DNA of 64,000 bases from Candidatus Hermodarchaeota archaeon (lineage in GTDB: Archaea; Asgardarchaeota; Lokiarchaeia; Sigyniarchaeales; SOKP01): the NCBI GenBank assembly GCA_048885525.1, contig JBHLLP010000008.1:32001-96000 (forward strand), read 5' to 3'. Of the stretch, positions 8,228-18,065 are shown one piece after another. The notes beneath the pieces were generated by a model. The model had not been told where the DNA came from. It did no database searches and saw only the letters and a list, made by a program, of their open reading frames with translations. Every line of letters starts with the position of its first letter. The stretch's first letter is position 1. The position numbers and the translations under genes were made by a program.

Positions 8228-9886
8228 ATGCCCTGTACAGGTGAAGAAATTGTGATGATTTGGGATCCCTTTGAACGATTTTTATGGGGGATTGCAATAA
8301 TTATAGCATTAGTATGTGGAATATATTTTATAAGAATAGCTAAAAGAAGAGAAGTCTTTAATGAAAGAATCATTATGCTAGGACTAGCAAGTTTACCTCT
8401 CGGATTTGCATTTAGTTTGTTTTTTACTTACTTTCAAGTTCTTCAAGTTCAAGGAGATTTTAGTAACAATATTTTTTGCGGGAATTATGAAAACTTTATT
8501 ACACAACCATATGAACTTTTTGGAAAACTAAGTTATATCTCATTTGGAATAGGAGGCACGGTCTTTGTATTAGCCTTTGAAATTATTATAAAACGCACGA
8601 AATATATTATCACTATTATATTCTTAATCATAATAGTAATAATAATTATTCCTCTCGATTTTGAAATAACAAGAAGGGTATTTGATTATCCACTAATACT
8701 CGCATTAGTAATTTCTATTCCACTTATATTATTTCTTTATACAAAATGGTCTAATCTTGAGTTTAAGGCTGTTTCTTCGTTTTTATTATTTGGATTTCTC
8801 TTATTCATGATCTCATTAATACTAGCTCATAGAAGGCATAAAATGCTTGATGTTTACCCGTTATTTTTGAGTCCGTTTCTTTTTATATTAGGTTGCGGCA
8901 TCATCGTATTACCAATAATTATTAATCCTACGAAACTTTCTCGAGCTTTAACTTATTGGGTATTATTAGCAATTTTTAATATGCCTATACATATAATTAT
9001 ATTAATTATTGATATTATCAAAAATCTACAACCTTTCTTAATACTTGAATTTCTTGGAGCTATAATATATGTATACGCGTTGTTCTTTTTTATAATAAAA
9101 AATATAAAATCTGATATAATTTCAGCGAGACAAGAAACACATAAAGTTGAAGAAGATTTTAAAGCTGATTTTTTAGCAATGTTCACTAGACCACAACAAG
9201 TTAGTTTTTTAGCTAGTATAAGCCACGAATTAAGAACTCCATTAACCTCAATAATTGGTTTTACAAGAACGATACTAAGTGGAAGAGCGGGGGATATTAA
9301 TGAAGAACAAAAAAAACAGCTTAATATTATTCTAAATAGTGCAAACCATTTACATGAATTAATTACTGATGTAATTGATATGACTAAAATAGAAGTTAAC
9401 AAATTAAACATAAAAAAAGAGAAATTTGATCTCGTAGAAGAGCTGATAAAAATTAAAGAAATATTTAATGTAGTTTCTGATGAGAAAGGGCTTGAATTTT
9501 TAATGGATACGCCTGAATATCTTACAATTTATAATGATAAAAAAAGAATAACTCAAATTTTATTGAACCTAATTGGAAACGCTGTAAAATTCACTGATAA
9601 AGGCAAAATTTCTATAAAAATTCGATTATCAAAAAGAGAAATTGCCATTTCAGTTAAAGACACCGGTCCGGGAATAAAGCAGGAAGATTTAAAAAAGTTA
9701 TTCAAACCGTTTAGCCGAATTCTCGAAACTGGGAAACCTAAAGAGGGAAGTGGTCTAGGACTTCATCTCTCTAAGAAATTAGCGAATCTACTCGGGGGAG
9801 ATATATTAGTAAAAAGCAAATCCGGGAAAGGAAGCACATTCAAATTAATTTTAATAAGAGAGAATAGTCGACAAAAAAGTAATTAA
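8228..9886 (+). CDS. Multi-pass (about 9 TM) sensor histidine kinase
   Basis: SHELRTPL H-box, NLIGNAVKFT, DTGPGI, FKPF, GSGLGL; start may be near 8252-8255. Confidence 0.92.
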   Translation: MPCTGEEIVMIWDPFERFLWGIAIIIALVCGIYFIRIAKRREVFNERIIMLGLASLPLGFAFSLFFTYFQVLQVQGDFSNNIFCGNYENFITQPYELFGKLSYISFGIGGTVFVLAFEIIIKRTKYIITIIFLIIIVIIIIPLDFEITRRVFDYPLILALVISIPLILFLYTKWSNLEFKAVSSFLLFGFLLFMISLILAHRRHKMLDVYPLFLSPFLFILGCGIIVLPIIINPTKLSRALTYWVLLAIFNMPIHIIILIIDIIKNLQPFLILEFLGAIIYVYALFFFIIKNIKSDIISARQETHKVEEDFKADFLAMFTRPQQVSFLASISHELRTPLTSIIGFTRTILSGRAGDINEEQKKQLNIILNSANHLHELITDVIDMTKIEVNKLNIKKEKFDLVEELIKIKEIFNVVSDEKGLEFLMDTPEYLTIYNDKKRITQILLNLIGNAVKFTDKGKISIKIRLSKREIAISVKDTGPGIKQEDLKKLFKPFSRILETGKPKEGSGLGLHLSKKLANLLGGDILVKSKSGKGSTFKLILIRENSRQKSN

Positions 9887-9951
9887 TATTTATGCTTTCT
9901 TAAACTAAATTTTAACATTAATTTAAAACTAATAAAATATACTGAGAAGTT

Positions 9952-11073
9952 ATGAAAAGTCTCTCTAAAAAGGTTCTTTATCTTACAGCTGTTCTATTTT
10001 CATTCACAATTGTGGTATTAATCCTAGTATTAGTAATAATTTTTCTATATATCCATGAATGGTTACCAAATAATGTTGGTATGCTACTCATATTTTTAAT
10101 TTCGATTTCTGTATTTATAGGAGCATTTTTTTATATGAAATTTTTTTTAAAGCGCATATTCGAACTAGAAAGGCTTTCATTTTTTATCAATCTTTCAATT
10201 GCTAATTTTTCATTAATAATCTCTGGAATAACATTAGTAGGGCTTCTATATATTCCAATAAATAAACCAGGTTGGTTTATTTGGGGAATTCTAGTTCCTT
10301 TTTGTATAACTATATTAATTGTAGCATTAGTTTCGATAATTTATGATTTAATACAAAACTTAAAACTAAATGAATTAGATAATTTAAAAAGTATGTTTAT
10401 AGCAAGTACGAGTCATGAATTAAGAACCCCATTAACTTCAATAATAGGTTTTACAAGAATGATGTTGACAGGTTGGGTAGGCGAAATAAATGAAGAACAA
10501 GAAAAACAACTAAGAATTATTTTGAAAAGTGCAAATCTTTTGCATAAATTAATTGATGATGTTATAGACGTTACTAAAATTGAGGCGGATAAATTAGATA
10601 TAAGAATAGAAGAATTTAATCTTGTAAAAGAAATATTAACTTTGAAGGAAACATTTAATGTTGCAATAGAAGAGAAGGGTCTTGAATTCATTATAGATAT
10701 GCCAGAACATCTTATACTTTTTAATGATAAAAAGAGAATAAAGCAGATTTTAGTCAATTTAATTGGAAATGCTATAAAGTTTACTGAAAAGGGAGTTATT
10801 TCAATAAAAATTCATAAAATTAATGGAAATGCTGAGATATCAATTAAAGATACAGGTATAGGAATAAAAAAGAAAGATCAAGAAAAACTTTTTAAACCAT
10901 TCAGTCGAATTACAGAATCTGGAAAATATGAGGAGGGAACAGGTTTAGGACTTCATATATCAAAAAAATTGGCTAATCTATTAGGAGGAGATATATTCAT
11001 TGAAAGTGAATTTGGAAAAGGAAGTACTTTCACATTATCATTGAAATTAAAAAGGGAGGAAATTTCTGAATGA
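9952..11073 (+). CDS. Sensor histidine kinase with about 4 TM
   Basis: SHELRTPL, NLIGNAIKFT, DTGIGI, GTGLGL; kinase core very similar to upstream kinase. Confidence 0.92.
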   Translation: MKSLSKKVLYLTAVLFSFTIVVLILVLVIIFLYIHEWLPNNVGMLLIFLISISVFIGAFFYMKFFLKRIFELERLSFFINLSIANFSLIISGITLVGLLYIPINKPGWFIWGILVPFCITILIVALVSIIYDLIQNLKLNELDNLKSMFIASTSHELRTPLTSIIGFTRMMLTGWVGEINEEQEKQLRIILKSANLLHKLIDDVIDVTKIEADKLDIRIEEFNLVKEILTLKETFNVAIEEKGLEFIIDMPEHLILFNDKKRIKQILVNLIGNAIKFTEKGVISIKIHKINGNAEISIKDTGIGIKKKDQEKLFKPFSRITESGKYEEGTGLGLHISKKLANLLGGDIFIESEFGKGSTFTLSLKLKREEISE

Positions 11074-11432
11074 AAACTATCCTAGTTATTGAGGATAATG
11101 AGTCGAATATATATCTCATTAGTTTTATCTTAGAGAAACATGGATATAGGGTATTACAAGCATATAATGGTAAGGAAGGTTTTAAGATTGCTTTGGAGAA
11201 AAAACCAGATTTAATAGTCATGGACTGGCAGCTTCCAGATATAGATGGTATTGAATTAACAAAAGGATTAAAAAATGATAAAGATCTTAAAGATTGCCTG
11301 ATTCTTTTCTGTACGTCAAGTGTAATGAGAGGAGACAGAGAAAAAGCATTAGAAGCAGGCGCGGTAGCATATATTGAAAAACCCATAATTCCAGAAATTA
11401 TTATTGAAGAAATTGAAAAAATTCTCCAATAA
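11070..11432 (+). CDS. Single-domain response regulator (DivK/CheY-like)
   Basis: VIEDN, MDWQLPDIDG, YIEKP; ATGA overlap with the kinase stop. Confidence 0.93.
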   Translation: MKTILVIEDNESNIYLISFILEKHGYRVLQAYNGKEGFKIALEKKPDLIVMDWQLPDIDGIELTKGLKNDKDLKDCLILFCTSSVMRGDREKALEAGAVAYIEKPIIPEIIIEEIEKILQ

Positions 11433-11486
11433 AATTACATTTTCATGATATACCAATTTATTGAATTATCTACTAGATTGTTATTT

Positions 11487-12692
11487 TCACATTAAAGATA
11501 AAACAATCTTATTCTGCGCTTTTAACATATCTTCCATAATAAGCTCCATAGCATCCTTAATATCGGGATTGTCTTCTGGAATACTGCGCTTTGCATTCAC
11601 ACTTGCCATTAAGACTTCATTTAATCCCCGTAAAATCATATCAGGGCTGTACCAGGGGCGTTTCGATGCCCACCATTGCTGACAGCTATGAATTCCCCGA
11701 TCTAACAAGTTTCTTGCATTATCGAAAATCTGTCTTTTATCGTCATCCATACCTTCTCGATACTTGTTTGCTAAATGAATCAAAGTAAGGGCATACATAA
11801 AAAATCGATGTTGTTCAAGGTGAATTTCATTGTTAGGATCTTGCCAAAGAGGAAACGGAACATCATGAGCGATATCATACGGCATTGTAGACCAGCTGGA
11901 ATCGCGTGGAACTTGTGTAAATCCTTTAGGAAACCTATCCACTATTTCTGAGACAGAGTATAATTTAATATCATCTCTAAGTGGCACAGCATCAAACAAT
12001 GGGATTAAGAAATCCGTTATAGCATGCTTTACATGGTGACCAAAAGTTTCGCCATCAAGACTAAGAATTACATATTGTTCCTCCGAAGTTCCCTTATATT
12101 TTAGTCTATTGGCAAAGGCTTCGATATTGTTAATTTTATCAAAGGCACAATCGATTGAGACATAATCATCACGAAACAACACTCTTAATCCATTTGGATG
12201 CACTGATATATGGTTCGTCGGAAATTCTGGCAATGTATTAGCAATTCCACTCATAATCATCCAATCAAACCCTAGTTTTTTAACAGCCTTAAAAACTTCT
12301 TCAGAAACAGCCATTTCTGGTGGGAAAAATCCACGAGGATTATATAGCTTCCCAAAAAAATGCCGATTCGTTTCATCATTTAATTCTATTTGACGCTTAA
12401 TTTCAGGCTCGGGAATGAGGGGAAGTAGAGGATGAAATTTCCCAGAACCTGTGAATTCGATCTGTCCTTTAGAAGCTAATGTAGTAATTGCTCCAATTAA
12501 ATCATCATATCTAAAATCATGCAATTGCTCAGTCAGAGTCGCATTAATGTTTAACGTAATCTTAGCTTCTGGATGATCTCTCAGAGCTTCAATTATTGGT
12601 CTATAAGATTCATTTACTATTTGCTTAACTACTGCGGGAATTTGAACTGGAGGTTGATAAATATGAAATAAAAAGGCGAAATATACTACCAT
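11487..12692 (-). CDS. Glycoside hydrolase family 57 protein
   Basis: FHIYQP, ESYRP, HPLLPLIP, FFPPEMA, LDGETFGHH. Confidence 0.9.
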   Translation of the reverse strand: MVVYFAFLFHIYQPPVQIPAVVKQIVNESYRPIIEALRDHPEAKITLNINATLTEQLHDFRYDDLIGAITTLASKGQIEFTGSGKFHPLLPLIPEPEIKRQIELNDETNRHFFGKLYNPRGFFPPEMAVSEEVFKAVKKLGFDWMIMSGIANTLPEFPTNHISVHPNGLRVLFRDDYVSIDCAFDKINNIEAFANRLKYKGTSEEQYVILSLDGETFGHHVKHAITDFLIPLFDAVPLRDDIKLYSVSEIVDRFPKGFTQVPRDSSWSTMPYDIAHDVPFPLWQDPNNEIHLEQHRFFMYALTLIHLANKYREGMDDDKRQIFDNARNLLDRGIHSCQQWWASKRPWYSPDMILRGLNEVLMASVNAKRSIPEDNPDIKDAMELIMEDMLKAQNKIVLSLM

Positions 12693-13104
12693 ATTATAAT
12701 TTAAAAAATACCCTTTTTTAACCTTTATAGTTCTAAATTTTCAAGATGATGAATTTAATAAGTAACAGCAAGGAAATCATAGATTTCTCTCATTTTTCTA
12801 ATATTTATTTGTCTTGGTACTGTCAAAAATCGAATAATGAAAAGAGAGGGTAGGTGCAGAAATGCTAAGTAGGAGTGTACCCATTTGACCATGATTAATA
12901 CCCACTATTTTTGATCAATTTACCCCTATTTTTACAAATTTACCATTATTATGATAAATTCTCTACTAAATTGAAGAGAAACATTTTTATTCCGGAAAGC
13001 AACAATTAACCAGTAAGAGATGAATTTTTATTATTTTGGCGAAAACAAAACGAGAAAATTTTAATTACAAGTTTAAAACCATAAAAAGATCAAGAGGATG
13101 AAAT

Positions 13105-13317
13105 TTGGAAAAGATACGAAAAGCGTGTTTGATACTTCTAATTGTAGGTTTGGTAATCATTATATTAAGCCTGAGCATTTTTTTACCTTTGGCAGCTCCA
13201 GGTGGTAGTTACTCGTGGTATTTGTTGATTATGCCGTATTGTTTGATTCCCGGCATTATTCTAACGATAATTGGGCTGGTAGGTTTAGTGATATCAGTAC
13301 TACGTAAAAAAAAATAA
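13105..13317 (+). CDS. Small 2-TM membrane protein
   Basis: Two hydrophobic helices, GAGGATGA RBS, TTG start; tandem paralog follows. Confidence 0.7.
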   Translation: MEKIRKACLILLIVGLVIIILSLSIFLPLAAPGGSYSWYLLIMPYCLIPGIILTIIGLVGLVISVLRKKK

Positions 13318-13364
13318 TAAATAGCACAAGATGGCGAATTATAAAACGATTGAGAGGATAAAAT

Positions 13365-13601
13365 TTGGAAAAAATACAAAAAGCAGGATTGATACTCCTA
13401 ATTGTAGGTTTGATAACCTTTTCAATCTGCCTGTGAATTATTGAAACCCACCACGGAGCTTGGGAGATGATAATGAATTGGGATTTTTTTGGTTGGACTG
13501 GGATGATTCATATACAGGCTTTTATTTTTTTTATTATCGGCATTATTCTAATGATAATGGGATTAATTTTTCTAATAGTTGGACTGTTGCGTGCTTCTTA
13601 A
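13365..13601 (+). pseudogene. Tandem paralog of the 2-TM protein with in-frame TGA at codon 24 (nonsense change or recoding)
   Basis: MEKIQKAGLILLIVGLITFSICL*IIETHHGAW..IIGIILMIMGLIFLIVGLLRAS; both ends align to 13105-13317; RBS region duplicated; TGA at 13434-13436. Confidence 0.65.
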
Positions 13602-13611
13602 TCATATATTC

Positions 13612-14355
13612 TTAACCTAATAAAGCATAGATTTCTTTCATTTTTTTGAAACTAATTTGTCCTGGTGCAGTCTTTTCTTCTAATGATGCATAAGTTAAAA
13701 AGGAACCAGTAAGAACGCACATAATTCTTGAGAAGATACCTAAATCTCCCATACAGAATGAGATAATTTTTTGATTGGAATTAAATAAATCTTTACAAAG
13801 TTTTAATGGTACTAAGTTATCCTCAAATTTTTGAGCTGTAAAAATAACTTTATAGATAACATCCTCAAATATTTTTGAATCTAAAGATAATTCTTGTACC
13901 AATTTTTCATTAAAATTTTGAACTATTTCAAGGGATTTATCAAAAGCCAATGTATTTTCAAAATTATGGTATGAAAAAATTATTCTTACTTCATTTTGAA
14001 GTGCTAATTTGATAAGCTCATCTAAATTTTTTTTTTCTGTATTCATCTCTATATCAAGATAATCGGGTTTAGTCTCTATAAGCAATTTCAAGATTTTAAA
14101 GCGCTCTTTTTGACTTATGTTAAGTTTACCACCTTCAGATGAGTCTCTCAAGGTGAAGATAACAGCAATATTAGGTTTAATAATATTTAATAAATCTATT
14201 ACGAAATCGAACGAAATTTTTTCAATATTAGAAATATAGTCAAACCGTAATTCAATTAGGTTAGGTTTAGATTTTATTGTTTTATCTATGATTGGTCTAA
14301 CTTCTTCAATATTTGCATATTTAATAGGTATTGGGATACAGAGATTGTATTTCAT
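13612..14355 (-). CDS. aroD: Type I 3-dehydroquinate dehydratase
   Basis: IELRFDY, FTLRDSSEGG, YLDIE, SYHNF, FCMGDLGIFSR, TAPGQ. Confidence 0.93.
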   Translation of the reverse strand: MKYNLCIPIPIKYANIEEVRPIIDKTIKSKPNLIELRFDYISNIEKISFDFVIDLLNIIKPNIAVIFTLRDSSEGGKLNISQKERFKILKLLIETKPDYLDIEMNTEKKNLDELIKLALQNEVRIIFSYHNFENTLAFDKSLEIVQNFNEKLVQELSLDSKIFEDVIYKVIFTAQKFEDNLVPLKLCKDLFNSNQKIISFCMGDLGIFSRIMCVLTGSFLTYASLEEKTAPGQISFKKMKEIYALLG

Positions 14356-14382
14356 GATTTAAAATGAAGTTGAAAAAAAGTT

Positions 14383-15036
14383 TTATATTTCGATAATTTT
14401 CTTGATATCTTCCTCAGAGAAACTCAGAGTATCTGTAGCGTCAACTTTTTTTAGTTTTCCTCTTTTCTTATAATACTTAATAAGAGATTTAGCATTTTTT
14501 TCATAGGCATCTAACCTATTCTTTAATGTTTCTTCGTTATCATCGCTTCTTTGCTCAAATTTAATATCAGCACCGCATTTATCACAAATTCCTTCTACCT
14601 TAGGGGGGAGTGTGTATTTATTGTATATTTCCCCACAATTTTTACAACCATATCTGCCTAAAATTCTTTTAAATATAATATCACGAGAGACTTGAAGTAA
14701 AAGAAGTAAATCTATTTCAGTTATATTTGTTAATGCTTCTGCTTGAGGTATTGTTCGAGGAAATCCATCCAGAATAAACCCATTTATTTTAACATCCTCT
14801 CTATTTAATCTCTCTCTAACCATTTCAATAGTAACATCGTTGGGTACTAATTCTCCCTTATCCATAAAGCTTTTTGCTTTTAATCCTAATGGTGTTTCGT
14901 TTTTCAAATTTTCCCGAAATATATCGCCAGTACTAATATGCACGATTTCAGGTGCTACTTTTTTTATCTGCCCGGAAAAGGTACCCTTACCTGCTCCGGG
15001 TGGTCCAAATAATATTAATTTTTTCATCTTAGTCAA
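14383..15036 (-). CDS. adk: Adenylate kinase, bacterial type with Zn LID
   Basis: GPPGAGKGT, HISTGDIFR, LDGFPRT, CKNC..CDKC, RSDD. Confidence 0.95.
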   Translation of the reverse strand: MTKMKKLILFGPPGAGKGTFSGQIKKVAPEIVHISTGDIFRENLKNETPLGLKAKSFMDKGELVPNDVTIEMVRERLNREDVKINGFILDGFPRTIPQAEALTNITEIDLLLLLQVSRDIIFKRILGRYGCKNCGEIYNKYTLPPKVEGICDKCGADIKFEQRSDDNEETLKNRLDAYEKNAKSLIKYYKKRGKLKKVDATDTLSFSEEDIKKIIEI

Positions 15037-15115
15037 TTAGTTTTATTTATAATTAGTAGATAATTTAATTGGACATTAATTAAAATTATTTTGTCTAAAT
15101 ATGTTTTAGCAAAAT

Positions 15116-15703
15116 CTATCCTGTAAAATAAGAATTTTCTATTTTCTTTACCAAATATTCCACCAATCTTTTTTCTCTTAGGTTGAATAAACTGGTGAAA
15201 TCTGTTTTTATTGAAGACCCGTAGTATGAATTTCCGAAAAAAGTAGAAGTTTTTTGAATTGAATCTATTAATAATTTTTTATTTCCAATATGAAGATATA
15301 GAGAGATATCATTGATAATCAATATTGAAGTAGGATTTTCATTGAATAAATTTAGTATTTTAAAGGTTTTTCTATAATTTTTGCAAGCATATTCGTAAAG
15401 CTCTTTAGCATTTCTTGCATTAAGACGGGGTGGGATAATTTCTCCTTCAAAATAGAAATTTTTACATATTGTACTATTTTTATAAAAATCCTCAATTTTA
15501 CCTCCAATTTTCATATTTTTAAAAACTTCTTGAGGTGGAGCAAAATCTAAAATACTGATTTCCTTTGGATCTAAGTTTTTCGTTTCTATGAGAAACTGAA
15601 CAAACTTTGCCGTGTTATATGTTTTTTTAGTATCAGTTTCACCATAAAGTAGAGTATGATGTCCAATTAAGCTCTCAAAAGTTATAGATGAATTGAAGTT
15701 CAT
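15116..15703 (-). CDS. Hypothetical protein with degenerate P-loop
   Basis: TLLYGETDTKKT Walker-A-like, ILIINDIS Walker-B-like. Confidence 0.55.
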   Translation of the reverse strand: MNFNSSITFESLIGHHTLLYGETDTKKTYNTAKFVQFLIETKNLDPKEISILDFAPPQEVFKNMKIGGKIEDFYKNSTICKNFYFEGEIIPPRLNARNAKELYEYACKNYRKTFKILNLFNENPTSILIINDISLYLHIGNKKLLIDSIQKTSTFFGNSYYGSSIKTDFTSLFNLREKRLVEYLVKKIENSYFTG

Positions 15704-15729
15704 AAGTATTATTAATTATATAATGAGTT

Positions 15730-16305
15730 TTAAATAAAATCCTCCCATGAAATTTTTGCTTGGTTTAGAACTATTAGGATAATGAATCCCATAATTGAAC
15801 CTGGTATACAACTTAACGCAAATAACCACCAAAATGTAAAAAGACTTTCTATAGATAAAATATTTCCAGATATTAAATGTCCAATAGTACCTCCTAGAAA
15901 TATAGTTCCCAGTGGTTCTGTAAAAGCAGCTAGTTCCACATATTTAGGAAATTTTTTACGCAAGAAATAAGATACAATACCAACAACAATTGCTCCAGTT
16001 ATACCCCCATGAAAAGCATGGATTGTTCCAATCTGAAACGAAAATCGTAGTATAGCAATACCTAGTGCAGTTATACATGAAAAAATTAAACCAATTAAAA
16101 CTCCAGTTAAAGCATTAATGAGGTGTGCAAATGGATTTATTTTTGTACCAAATATGTAGAAATATCCAAAAGGATTAAGATAACTCAAAACTAATCCGAC
16201 TGCTATAAAAATACCCGAAGCTGCTATTTTTTTATTTATTGTAGTACGTATTATTGTTTTTTCTTTTTCAGTATTGTATGGTTTTGGTTCACTCACATTT
16301 CTCAC
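15730..16305 (-). CDS. thiW: ECF transporter S-component, ThiW family
   Basis: PFAHLINALTGVLIG, ILR..GTIHAFHGG, EPLGT; about 5-6 TM. Confidence 0.8.
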   Translation of the reverse strand: MRNVSEPKPYNTEKEKTIIRTTINKKIAASGIFIAVGLVLSYLNPFGYFYIFGTKINPFAHLINALTGVLIGLIFSCITALGIAILRFSFQIGTIHAFHGGITGAIVVGIVSYFLRKKFPKYVELAAFTEPLGTIFLGGTIGHLISGNILSIESLFTFWWLFALSCIPGSIMGFIILIVLNQAKISWEDFI

Positions 16306-16497
16306 TAGAATTTATCAATCTTTCTTATATTATTAATTTTTTTTATAATTATTTTTAATTTAAAAGAGTTAACAGTAATATTCTATAAACCTTGATGTAA
16401 GATCCAAGAAATTAAAGAGTTTTAATCTATTAAAATATTTAATTTAAATATCATCAGTAAGAAGTTTTTTACTCTTTCAAAAAATTGTAGAGATATA

Positions 16498-17172
16498 ATG
16501 AAGATTGGGAATAATATAATAAAACCGACAAAGATTATCTGCATCGGGACTAATTACATGGATCATATTAAAGAAACGGGGTTAAATGTTCCAAAAGAGC
16601 CAGTTCTTTTTCCAAAAACATTGAATTGTTTGATTTCAGATAAAGAACCGATTATCTATCCTAAATTTTTATATAACCAACGTAAATATAATAGAGTGGA
16701 TTATGAAGTAGAACTGGCGTTTATTATAAAAGATAAATGTAAGCATGTTCCAATAGATGATGTATACAACTATATTCTTGGATATACAATATTTAATGAT
16801 ATTACTGCGCGAAAAATGCAAACGAAAGATATAGTTTCTAAATTACCTTGGTTTCGTTCTAAATCATTTGATACTTTTGGGCCAATTGGTCCAAGAATAG
16901 TTGAAACTAATGAAATCAAAGATCCACATAATTTAAATATCGAATTAAAATTAAATGGAGAGGTTAAACAATCATCTAATACTAAACATTTATTATTTAA
17001 AATTCCTGAACTCTTGGAATATATTTCAATATTTTTTACTCTTGAACCTGGAGATATTATAGCTACAGGTACACCAAGTGGAATTGGTTCTATACAACCG
17101 GGTGATATAATTGAAGCGACAATTGAAAAAATAGGAACTCTTACAAATAGAGTTGTTTTAGAAGGTGGATAA
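16498..17172 (+). CDS. Fumarylacetoacetate hydrolase family protein
   Basis: KIICIGTNYMDH, DYEVELA, NDITAR, SKSFDTFGPIGP, GDIIATGTPSG. Confidence 0.92.
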   Translation: MKIGNNIIKPTKIICIGTNYMDHIKETGLNVPKEPVLFPKTLNCLISDKEPIIYPKFLYNQRKYNRVDYEVELAFIIKDKCKHVPIDDVYNYILGYTIFNDITARKMQTKDIVSKLPWFRSKSFDTFGPIGPRIVETNEIKDPHNLNIELKLNGEVKQSSNTKHLLFKIPELLEYISIFFTLEPGDIIATGTPSGIGSIQPGDIIEATIEKIGTLTNRVVLEGG

Positions 17173-17174
17173 TA

Positions 17175-17852
17175 ATGAATATTAAAATTGGAGATAGATT
17201 TATACAACCAACCAAAATTATTTGTTTAGGACGAAATTATATTGAACACGCTAAGGAGATGAAAGCAGAAGTACCTAAAAATCCAGTATTTTTCGTGAAA
17301 ACTGTTAACACATTGGTGACTGATGGGAATCCAATTATTTATCCTAAAATATTGTATGGTAATCCAGAATATAATCAAGTGGACCATGAAGTTGAATTAG
17401 CATTTATCATTTCTCAGACATGCAAGAATGTTCAAATTGAGAATGCATATGAATATATCGAAGGTTATTCTATTTTTTTAGATATAACCGCTAGAAAAAT
17501 GCAGATAAGTGATAGAAATGTTAACTTACCTTGGTATAGAAGTAAAAATTTCGATTCATTTGGACCTATTGGCCCGAGGATCGTTCCTTTTAGTGAAATT
17601 GAAAATCCTCATAATTTAAATATTGAATTAAAAGTTAACGGAGAAGTTCGTCAGCAATCAAATACTAAATATATGATTTTCAAAATTCCCGAAATTCTCT
17701 CGTATCTCTCCAAATTTCTTACATTATTCACGGGAGATATTGTTGCAACTGGTACACCAAGCGGAGTAGGTCCAATTCATCCAGAAGAACTGATTGAAGC
17801 ATCAATAGAGCAAATTGGTTTAATAACACATAAAGTAATATTGGAAGAATAG
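17175..17852 (+). CDS. Fumarylacetoacetate hydrolase family protein (tandem paralog)
   Basis: KIICLGRNYIEH, DHEVELA, DITAR, SKNFDSFGPIGP, GDIVATGTPSG. Confidence 0.92.
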   Translation: MNIKIGDRFIQPTKIICLGRNYIEHAKEMKAEVPKNPVFFVKTVNTLVTDGNPIIYPKILYGNPEYNQVDHEVELAFIISQTCKNVQIENAYEYIEGYSIFLDITARKMQISDRNVNLPWYRSKNFDSFGPIGPRIVPFSEIENPHNLNIELKVNGEVRQQSNTKYMIFKIPEILSYLSKFLTLFTGDIVATGTPSGVGPIHPEELIEASIEQIGLITHKVILEE

Positions 17853-18065
17853 TATTAAATAATTGAATTTCTTATTTTTTTTTCTTTTCGTCATATATAA
17901 CAACCTAGGATTTTTTAATAGAATGATGGGTGTAAAATACGGAATACCTAAAATAGCTGTCGAGATAAGTGCAGCAGATTTAATAAGACGAAATTATGAA
18001 ATTTCATCAGAAATGATCAAATTTAACAGTTAAGATTTAATAAGGAAAACTATTATTTTATCATA

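Noticed and set aside
8143-8373. N-terminal extension of the response regulator in the ORF track (likewise extended starts for aroE, tyrA, Vps28-like, eL14, uL6, uL29, uL10)
   Set aside because: Extensions overlap neighbours or precede the homology start; downstream ATGs fit better.
12700-13080. Intergenic stretch with G-rich patches, possible mobile-element end
   Set aside because: No terminal repeats, transposase remnant or convincing RNA structure found.
17923-18033. 36-aa ORF MMGVKYGIPKIAVEISAADL...
   Set aside because: No RBS or recognisable motif; may be a gene remnant but unsupported.
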